From: an uncultured virus (IMG/VR IMGVR_UViG_3300035126_001036)
Lineage: Duplodnaviria > Heunggongvirae > Uroviricota > Caudoviricetes
Reading direction: 5' to 3' (one strand)
Length of the DNA: 20,000 nt
IMG/VR virus record: IMGVR_UViG_3300035126_001036
Coordinates: 118,810-138,809 of that record
The notes beneath the pieces are model-generated. The model was given only the letters and a program-made list of their open reading frames with translations. It did no database searches and was not told the origin of the DNA. Position 1 is the first letter of the stretch. Every line of letters begins with the position of its first letter. Below, in pieces: positions 9,681-15,889 of this stretch. The translations under genes were made by a program, and so were the position numbers.

Positions 9681-10471
9681 GCCCAATTTACACTCCAGGA
9701 AAGTTAATACTTCGCCGGACGTATATTGGCCTGGACGACCCTGACGCTGCGGCATACATCACAGCGGTCGAGATTGCAGATGGCCAGCCCTTGGAGATTG
9801 GGGTTCAGGTGGCAATTCATTCGTTTGTAAAAGGCTGCAAGGCGGATGGCATCTGGCCAGCGATCAAAGCCTCCTGCATCATGGCCGGTGCCCGCACACT
9901 GGCCGGTGCGTTGGTGCCGCTGGTGGGTACTGCGCCGACGAATTTTAACTTTGTGGCTGGTGATTACAACAGAAAGACGGGGCTTGTGGGGAATGGGACG
10001 ACGAAGTATCTGGACAGCGGCAGGAATAACAACGCTGATCCGCAAGATAGCAAGCATCTGGCAGTATTCAAATCAAGCAACGCAGGCAAGCTGGGGGGCC
10101 TCTTAGGCACTGCGTTGAACGCAAATGGTACATCATGGATTTTTGAAGGTTTTAGTGGAGGCAACGATACCTATCGAGTCAATACAAACCCTTCAATCAT
10201 ACTCTCCCTAGGATCTTATCCTGACACGGGATTTATAGGCATTAACCGTTCGTCGTCGAGTAACTCAACGCGAAGGTATTCAGGGGCAACAATCTCTGAT
10301 GCCAGCACCTCTCAAGCGCCATTAGCCGCAAATGCTCTGGTGTTTAGTGCCGCAGGCCAGCCAACCGACGCCCGCCTCGCCTACTACTCCATCGGCGAAT
10401 CCCTAGACCTCGCCCTCCTCGACGCCCGCGTGACCGCCCTGATCAACACGTTCGGAGCTGTTATCCCATGA
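9677..10471 (+). CDS. Cassette paralog 2, putative receptor-binding/lectin-like virion protein
   Basis: 264 aa; ATGA overlap with paralog 1; same conserved blocks, divergent central region. Confidence 0.7.
   Translation: MSPIYTPGKLILRRTYIGLDDPDAAAYITAVEIADGQPLEIGVQVAIHSFVKGCKADGIWPAIKASCIMAGARTLAGALVPLVGTAPTNFNFVAGDYNRKTGLVGNGTTKYLDSGRNNNADPQDSKHLAVFKSSNAGKLGGLLGTALNANGTSWIFEGFSGGNDTYRVNTNPSIILSLGSYPDTGFIGINRSSSSNSTRRYSGATISDASTSQAPLAANALVFSAAGQPTDARLAYYSIGESLDLALLDARVTALINTFGAVIP
9860..9957 (+). repeat. Upstream conserved arm, copy 2
   Basis: 96/98 identical to 9075-9172; 9845-9880 is also identical (36 nt) to 10668-10703 in paralog 3. Confidence 0.95.
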
Positions 10472-10521
10472 AACACCCATTTTCCACTGCCACTACGAAG
10501 TGCGCGGAGGTGTTGCTATGA
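10468..10521 (+). CDS. 17-codon mini-ORF linking paralogs 2 and 3
   Basis: MKHPFSTATTKCAEVLL*; starts in the ATGA at the paralog 2 stop and ends in the ATGA at the paralog 3 start. Confidence 0.35.
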   Translation: MKHPFSTATTKCAEVLL

Positions 10522-11321
10522 GCTGGATTATTACGTCGTCGTTCTATGGCTACATCGCGGATGTTGATGCTAGGGACTACTTGGCAAGGGTTCACAACGC
10601 AGAAGGCCAAACACTGGAACCTGCTGTGGCTCTTGCCATCGAGGCGTTTGTGGTGGGCTGTAAGGCTGATGGCATCTGGCCAGCGATCAAAGCCTCCTGC
10701 ATCCTTGCCGGTGCCCGCACGCTGAACGGTGCGCTGGTGCCGCTGGTAAAACAGGCGGCAGACGGTACTCCTCAGAGGCTTGGGACAGAAGGAGGCTGGA
10801 ACTATCTCCGAAAAACTGGCTTAAAGGCAAATGGGACTGACAACAGAATTGACTCTGGTCGAAATAACAGCACCGATCTGCGGAATAATAGTCACAATGC
10901 TGTGTACATAACGGAAGCGCAAACACTAAATGCTTCGATAATGGGAGCCGACTCTACCGGCTTGGGGGCGAACAATCTAGGATGGTTTAACTCTTCTGGA
11001 GTCGCGTTGTTCGCTCGGAATAGATCAACCGCTATTCAAAATCAAATTGCAGGGTCCACAAGCTCAGCGCCGATCAATTTATTCGGTACAAGCCGGAATA
11101 GTGCTACAGGCTATACTGTAAGGGCATCAGGCATTGGTTACCCGCTTACGCATACATCAGCAACCCCTTCACCTGGAAAGGTGTATGTGTTTGCCCGTGA
11201 GAATGCTGGATCCAGCGACCCACGCCTCGCCTTCTACAGCATAGGCGAATCCCTAGACCTCGTCCTACTCGACGCCCGCGTCACCACCCTAGTCAATGCG
11301 TTCGGAGCTGTTATCCCATGA
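10518..11321 (+). CDS. Cassette paralog 3, putative receptor-binding/lectin-like virion protein
   Basis: True start likely ATG 10518 (MSWIIT..., 267 aa), preceded by GGAGGT SD at 10506-10511; same conserved arms. Confidence 0.7.
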   Translation: MSWIITSSFYGYIADVDARDYLARVHNAEGQTLEPAVALAIEAFVVGCKADGIWPAIKASCILAGARTLNGALVPLVKQAADGTPQRLGTEGGWNYLRKTGLKANGTDNRIDSGRNNSTDLRNNSHNAVYITEAQTLNASIMGADSTGLGANNLGWFNSSGVALFARNRSTAIQNQIAGSTSSAPINLFGTSRNSATGYTVRASGIGYPLTHTSATPSPGKVYVFARENAGSSDPRLAFYSIGESLDLVLLDARVTTLVNAFGAVIP

Positions 11322-11398
11322 CCTGGACTGATGTTGCGATGATGGCCGCAATGATGCTCCCGGCCAGCGTTGCCGTCGCAGTGCTACTGGAGCCCTGA
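11318..11398 (+). CDS. Tiny hydrophobic peptide (single TM-like helix)
   Basis: Hand translation, 26 aa: MTWTDVAMMAAMMLPASVAVAVLLEP*; ATGA overlap with paralog 3. Confidence 0.45.
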   Translation: MTWTDVAMMAAMMLPASVAVAVLLEP

Positions 11399-11401
11399 CC
11401 C

Positions 11402-11545
11402 ATGCCCCACTTAATCCGCTTCACCGCCGCCGTTACACTGGTGGCCGGCCTGCTGGGCTGGCTGCTGAGTGCCGTGCCCCTACCGCTGGCGCTGGGCGTC
11501 GCGGTCGTCTGCGCTTGGCTGGTGTTTGACCTGGTGCAGCCGTAG
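11402..11545 (+). CDS. Small two-TM membrane protein
   Basis: Hand translation, 47 aa: MPHLIRFTAAVTLVAGLLGWLLSAVPLPLALGVAVVCAWLVFDLVQP*; two hydrophobic stretches split by PLP; island-like codon usage. Confidence 0.6.
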   Translation: MPHLIRFTAAVTLVAGLLGWLLSAVPLPLALGVAVVCAWLVFDLVQP

Positions 11546-11617
11546 GGGGCTGAGCTACAGCCCTGCGGCCATACTCATGAATATGGCGCTGGTTGAAATG
11601 CCTGAATTATAAACGAC

Positions 11618-11638
11618 AGGACCCTAAGGGGCCTTTTT
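11618..11638 (+). terminator. Possible intrinsic terminator at the end of the island
   Basis: AGGACCC-TAA-GGGGCCT (one mismatch) followed by TTTT; two more short hairpins just upstream (GGGCTG/CAGCCC 11547-11563; GCCATA/TATGGC 11568-11587). Confidence 0.45.
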
Positions 11639-11652
11639 AATGTCTATTTTTT

Positions 11653-11659
11653 CTAAATA
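11653..11659 (+). promoter_or_regulatory. T4-type late promoter (CTAAATA)
   Basis: Directly after the island, upstream of ORF 11682 and gp21. Confidence 0.75.
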
Positions 11660-11681
11660 GGTTTATACCCTAAATGAAATC

Positions 11682-12248
11682 ATGGCTGCATTCAAAATAG
11701 TACAAGAAGTGAATTCACTTATTTTACCCCTGAGCGGTGTACAAACTAGTAATCCCATTTCTCTAAAAAGTGGATATTTAAGAATCAGGGCCGAATCTGA
11801 TTGTTATCTTGAAGTTGGATATACACCAGTCGGTATTAATACAATATCTAGTCTTTGGATTGATAGGGCCGAAACCTTAGTCCTTAAAGAAAACATAGCA
11901 TCACAAAGAGTGGTAGGTGTTATTACTGGAACTAATACACTAATCGACTTTCCACAAGGAACTGGTTCTCCAGTAGAGGTCAATGATTATGTGAGCCTTT
12001 CTGGGATTCAACCAGTTGGAATTAATACTAATTATGCAAGAGTATCAAATATTTATACATCATCCGGTGTTGGTGGTTATTATTCTACTCGTATTGCATT
12101 GGACTGGAATACATCTTCTGTCACTGGAGTCATAACGGCTACTGATTCTGCAGAAATTAGGAAAGCCGTTAAGGTATCGGCTCTTGATGGTGGTTTTGGC
12201 CCCAACAAAGTTCATATTACAGAAATTCAAATCGCATCAGAGGCATAA
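11682..12248 (+). CDS. Conserved cyanophage protein upstream of gp21 (putative virion structural protein)
   Basis: 188 aa; SNPISLKSGYLRI, TLIDFPQGTGSP, VHITEIQI resemble the cyanomyophage gene normally found between g20 and g21; AT-rich backbone codon usage. Confidence 0.65.
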   Translation: MAAFKIVQEVNSLILPLSGVQTSNPISLKSGYLRIRAESDCYLEVGYTPVGINTISSLWIDRAETLVLKENIASQRVVGVITGTNTLIDFPQGTGSPVEVNDYVSLSGIQPVGINTNYARVSNIYTSSGVGGYYSTRIALDWNTSSVTGVITATDSAEIRKAVKVSALDGGFGPNKVHITEIQIASEA

Positions 12249-12250
12249 AA

Positions 12251-12901
12251 ATGAAACTAATCATCGAAGAAGCAGAATCAGTAAAATACATTACCGAAGA
12301 AATTAACGGTAAAAAGGCTCTTTGTATTGAAGGAAATTTTCTTATGGCCAATGAGCCAAATAGAAATAATCGAGTATATCCAATGAAAATTCTTAGAGAT
12401 GCAGTGAATACCTATACTAAGAATTTTATTGAATCAAAAAGATCTCTAGGTGAACTTAATCATAATTCCATTCCAGGAGTAGATCTAACAAAAGTATCTC
12501 ATATGATTACCTCTCTTAAAGAGAATGGTAATTATTTTTATGGTAAGGCCCGAATTCTAAACACCCCAATGGGTAAAATTGCCCAGGGTCTGATTGATGA
12601 GGGGGTAGTTCTTGGAGTCAGTTCACGGGCTCTGGGTAGTGTTAAACAAACTAACGAAGGATATTCCGTAGTTGGTCCGGATCTTGTTATTAATTGTGTG
12701 GACATTGTTCATGATCCTTCTGTTGGTGCTGCCGCATTTGTCAATGGCATTTATGAAGGAAAAGAATGGATTTATGACTCCGCAAAGCAAGAATATGTCG
12801 CAATGAATATTAAAAACAAGATTGAACGTGACGTAGTAAGCAAAAGATTGAGTGAAGAGCGTATGATTATGCATTTTGAGAACTACTTGAACATGCTCTG
12901 A
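12251..12901 (+). CDS. gp21: Prohead core protease
   Basis: 216 aa; MKLIIEE, NRNNRVYP, LGELNH, TPMGKIA, LGVSSRALGS, DIVHDPS, FVNGIYEGKEW. Confidence 0.95.
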   Translation: MKLIIEEAESVKYITEEINGKKALCIEGNFLMANEPNRNNRVYPMKILRDAVNTYTKNFIESKRSLGELNHNSIPGVDLTKVSHMITSLKENGNYFYGKARILNTPMGKIAQGLIDEGVVLGVSSRALGSVKQTNEGYSVVGPDLVINCVDIVHDPSVGAAAFVNGIYEGKEWIYDSAKQEYVAMNIKNKIERDVVSKRLSEERMIMHFENYLNML

Positions 12902-12903
12902 TG

Positions 12904-12955
12904 CTAAATAACTCTATTAAAGTGTCAACTTTTCTAAATAATAATAGATTAAATA
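12904..12955 (+). promoter_or_regulatory. Cluster of late promoter boxes (CTAAATA 12904-12910 and 12934-12940; TTAAATA 12949-12955)
   Basis: Intergenic, upstream of gp22-gp23; AAGGAG SD at 12964-12969. Confidence 0.75.
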
Positions 12956-12978
12956 CAACTGTTAAGGAGACTTTTTAA

Positions 12979-14145
12979 ATGGCTCGCAAGCAACAACTAG
13001 ATGAAATGGAAGCAAAGAATCCCCAGTCTAAGACTGCGGTGAATGCAAATGCCAAGCCAGGCGATCCAATGCCCAAACTCACCACTGGTATTCCTGATGG
13101 TCAAACAGGCAGCTGGGAAGATCTTGGTGGCCCAACTCCAGAAAATGCCAAGCCTGATGACGACAGCGCAAAACTCAAGGATCCCGCTTCAAACATTAAG
13201 CGAGTTGCCGAGATTATTCGCGGTCGTAAAGGTTCACAAGAAGGTGATGTGGCAATGTCAAAAATGTCTCTTCCTGAAGAGGATGAGCATGACGAAGAGG
13301 ATCTCGTAACTGAGGAATCATGCGAAGATGATGAAGAAAAAGATGAAGATGAAGAAAAGCATGATAAGAAAAAGAAAAAAGAAGATGACGAAGATGAAGA
13401 TGAAATGAAAGAAGACTTCGACATTGATAAAGATGTCGAGGCTCTTGTAGGTGGCGAAGATCTTTCCGAAGAATTCAAAGAAAAGGCCAAGACCATCTTT
13501 GAAGCCGCACTTCGTTCTAAAGTCTCCGAGATCAAAGAATCTCTAGAAGAGAGCTATACCCAGGCTCTTCAAGAAGAAGTTCAGGCTATTGCCGAAGAAC
13601 TACAGGAACGTGCTGATTCCTACCTAGAATATGTTGCAGACGAGTGGATGCATGAGAATCAGCTAGTAATCACTCGCGGAATCAAGGAAGAACTCACCGA
13701 GTCATTCCTTGTCAATCTCAAGAATCTTTTTGAGCAACATTATGTGTCCATGCCTGATGAGAAATATGATGTTCTTGAGAACATGGTGACTAAACTAGAT
13801 GAAATGGAAGATAAACTCAACGAGCAAATTGAGAAAAATATTCAACTTAGCAAGCGTCTCTGTGAGGCTGTTGCTGATGGAATCTTTGATGATGTTGCTG
13901 AGGGCCTAGCCGAAACTCAGAAAGAAAAGCTCGCTTCACTTGCCGAAAGTGTTGAGTTTGAAGGTGAAGATCTTTATCGTGAAAAACTAGAGACTCTACG
14001 GGAATCTTATTTCCCCGCGAATTATGTCTCTCCAATCGCTCACTCTGAAGTACTAACCGAAGATACCGAATTTGTTGCACCTGAGTCTTACTCAAATTCA
14101 ATGGATCGTTATCTCAGAATGGCTTCAATGATAGCTAAAAATTGA
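12979..14145 (+). CDS. gp22: Prohead core scaffolding protein
   Basis: 388 aa, acidic coiled-coil; EDLGGPTPEN, LSEEFKEKAKTIFEAA, YLEYVADEW, KLETLRESYF. Confidence 0.95.
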   Translation: MARKQQLDEMEAKNPQSKTAVNANAKPGDPMPKLTTGIPDGQTGSWEDLGGPTPENAKPDDDSAKLKDPASNIKRVAEIIRGRKGSQEGDVAMSKMSLPEEDEHDEEDLVTEESCEDDEEKDEDEEKHDKKKKKEDDEDEDEMKEDFDIDKDVEALVGGEDLSEEFKEKAKTIFEAALRSKVSEIKESLEESYTQALQEEVQAIAEELQERADSYLEYVADEWMHENQLVITRGIKEELTESFLVNLKNLFEQHYVSMPDEKYDVLENMVTKLDEMEDKLNEQIEKNIQLSKRLCEAVADGIFDDVAEGLAETQKEKLASLAESVEFEGEDLYREKLETLRESYFPANYVSPIAHSEVLTEDTEFVAPESYSNSMDRYLRMASMIAKN

Positions 14146-14199
14146 TTTCAATATTTAAATCAAACCCAAACTTTTAAACTCTAAAGAGGTAAACGCAAA

Positions 14200-15609
14200 A
14201 TGCTTCAACTTAACGAAAGCCAATTGCAGGAAAAGTGGGCTCCGCTTCTGAACTTTGACGGCCTTGATCCCATCAAGGATGCTCATCGCAGAAAGATCAC
14301 CGCTATCCTGCTAGAAAACGCCGAACATGATCTTCGGGAAACCAATTCTTTCAACAATGGACTTCTTCTAGAAAGTCCTACTATTGCTAATGCCCCTGGT
14401 GCATCTGGTGGTTTTAGCGGCTCAGCCGATGCTGCTGGTCCAGTAGCCGGTTTTGACCCAATTCTAATCAGCATGATTCGTCGTGCTATGCCTAATCTTG
14501 TGGCCTATGATCTGGCTGGTGTACAGCCCATGACTGGTCCTACTGGTCTAATCTTCGCCATGCGCTCTCGCTATGAAGGCCAAAGTGGTGATGAGACCTT
14601 CTTCGATGAAGTAGACACCTCATTCTCTGCTCAAAACAGTGGTCGTAGCCTGACTGCCGGTATCACCTCTGCCATCTCTGGTATGGGTACTACTGCTGGT
14701 CAACTTGGCACCAATCCTGGTCTACTTAACCCAACCGGTTCAGCCAATCAGGCTGCATATAACCTAGGTCAGGGTATGGTAACCGGTGATGCTGAGAATC
14801 TTGGCAATGGTGATAATAATCAGTTCAACGAAATGAGCTTCTCGATTGAGAAAGTTCTTGTTGAGGCTAAGAGCCGCGCTCTCCGGGCTCAGTACACTCT
14901 AGAAATGGCCCAGGATCTCAAGGCGATTCATGGTCTTTCTGCCGAAGCCGAGCTGGCTAACATTCTGTCTACCGAAATTCTTGCCGAAATTAACCGCGAG
15001 GTTATTCGTACCATTTATAAGGTAGCCGAACAAGGTGCAGCCGTAAACACTTCTACTCCTGGTATTTTTGACCTTGATATTGACTCCAACGGTCGTTGGT
15101 CAGTTGAGAAGTTTAAGGGTCTAATCTTCCAGATTGAGCGTGATGCAAACGCTATCGCCCAGCGTACTCGTAGAGGGAAGGGTAACGTAATCATGTGCTC
15201 TGCTGACGTAGCCTCCGCGCTAACCATGGCTGGTGTACTTGATTATACTCCTGCTCTAAATGCTAACCTAAACGTAGACGATACTGGCAATACTTTTGCT
15301 GGCGTTCTTATGGGTAAGTACCGTGTATACATTGATCCTTATTCTGCCAACGTAAGTGCTAATCAGTATTATGTTGTTGGTTACAAGGGTTCTTCACCTT
15401 ATGATGCGGGGATTTTCTATGCTCCATATTTGCCATTGCAAATGGTTCGTGCTGTAGATCCTAAGACTTTCCAGCCTGCTATCGGATTTAAGACTCGTTA
15501 TGGCATGGTCGCAAACCCCTTCGCTGAGGGCTTGGATCAAGGCCTGGGCCGTCTGAAAATCAATAGCAACCGCTATTATCGTAGAGTTTCCATCCGAAAC
15601 TTATCTTAA
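14200..15609 (+). CDS. gp23: Major capsid protein
   Basis: 469 aa; EKWAPLL, AGVQPMTGPTGLIFAMRSRY, AQDLKAIHGL, GRWSVEKFKGL, GFKTRYG. Probable gp21 cleavage after LLE58 (inferred from the T4 L/I-x-E rule). Confidence 0.99.
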   Translation: MLQLNESQLQEKWAPLLNFDGLDPIKDAHRRKITAILLENAEHDLRETNSFNNGLLLESPTIANAPGASGGFSGSADAAGPVAGFDPILISMIRRAMPNLVAYDLAGVQPMTGPTGLIFAMRSRYEGQSGDETFFDEVDTSFSAQNSGRSLTAGITSAISGMGTTAGQLGTNPGLLNPTGSANQAAYNLGQGMVTGDAENLGNGDNNQFNEMSFSIEKVLVEAKSRALRAQYTLEMAQDLKAIHGLSAEAELANILSTEILAEINREVIRTIYKVAEQGAAVNTSTPGIFDLDIDSNGRWSVEKFKGLIFQIERDANAIAQRTRRGKGNVIMCSADVASALTMAGVLDYTPALNANLNVDDTGNTFAGVLMGKYRVYIDPYSANVSANQYYVVGYKGSSPYDAGIFYAPYLPLQMVRAVDPKTFQPAIGFKTRYGMVANPFAEGLDQGLGRLKINSNRYYRRVSIRNLS

Positions 15610-15641
15610 TATCTAAAACCTTAGCTAAAACTAGCCAATAT

Positions 15642-15667
15642 AAAGAGGTGGGAAACCACCTCTTTTT
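15642..15667 (+). terminator. Rho-independent terminator after gp23
   Basis: AAAGAGGTGG-GAAA-CCACCTCTTT perfect 10-bp stem with a GNRA loop and T-run. Confidence 0.9.
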
Positions 15668-15683
15668 CATTTGCAATAAAATT

Positions 15684-15889
15684 ATGACTAAAGTTTTTAC
15701 AAAAGAAACGAGCAGAAGAAGCAAGCAGTAAATGTTGGCTTATTATTGCTCCAGATGGAACTGAAGAAATTATTGTAAATCTTTCAAAGTATTGTAGAGA
15801 ACGAGAATTAAATAATAGTTCTATGAGATTAGTTGCTTATGGTAAACAGGACGATTATAAAGGCTATAGAGTAAAAAAAACTAGACTAA
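15684..15889 (+). pseudogene. Frameshifted remnant of a homing-endonuclease-type DNA-binding domain (NUMOD/IENR-like)
   Basis: Frame from 15688 reads QKKRAEEASSKCWLIIAPDGTEEIIVNLSKYCRERELNNSSMRLVAYGKQDDYKGYRVKK, like the C-terminal modules of phage HNH/GIY-YIG endonucleases. ATG 15684 and the natural-looking stop (KKLD-TAA 15887-15889) are each out of frame by one base. Confidence 0.6.

Larger units (their letters stand above)
7295..11600. mobile_element. GC-rich, apparently horizontally acquired gene cassette (no integrase or transposase)
   Basis: Spot counts of G+C: 8581-8640 = 38/60 and 9091-9150 = 44/60, versus 15/60 at 6781-6840 and 21/60 at 11761-11820. Codon usage switches to C/G-ending. 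Boundaries are approximate. Confidence 0.8.

Noticed and set aside
8284..10517. ORF-track starts at 8284 and 10500 (also 7256)
   Set aside because: Downstream ATGs at 8329, 10518 and 7265 fit SD position, gene spacing or overlap better.
7687..10926. Many alternative-frame and antisense ORFs in the island (e.g. 7687-8013, 8518-8979, 8817-9272, 9031-9381, 9704-10057, 9846-10106)
   Set aside because: Shadow ORFs expected in GC-rich coding DNA; the similarity between 9031/9846 and 8817/9704 only reflects the repeated arms.
9075..11321. Diversity-generating retroelement (template/variable repeat pair)
   Set aside because: Repeat mismatches are mostly synonymous and not adenine-specific, all copies lie inside intact ORFs, and no reverse transcriptase is in the window.
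8910..11321. Invertase shufflon or CRISPR-like array
   Set aside because: Repeats are direct, long, coding and about 800 nt apart; no inverted crossover sites, recombinase or short repeat-spacer periodicity.
13275..13420. Purine-rich GAAGAT-type low-complexity tract
   Set aside because: Encodes the acidic/lysine linker usual in gp22 scaffolds; not an independent repeat element.
2448..15227. Antisense ORFs over gp19, gp20, gp21, gp22 and gp23 (e.g. 2448-2792, 4516-4821, 4833-5048, 13101-13535)
   Set aside because: They overlap well-supported genes on the other strand and show no recognisable motifs; the poly-Ser ORF is the mirror of the acidic gp22 tract.
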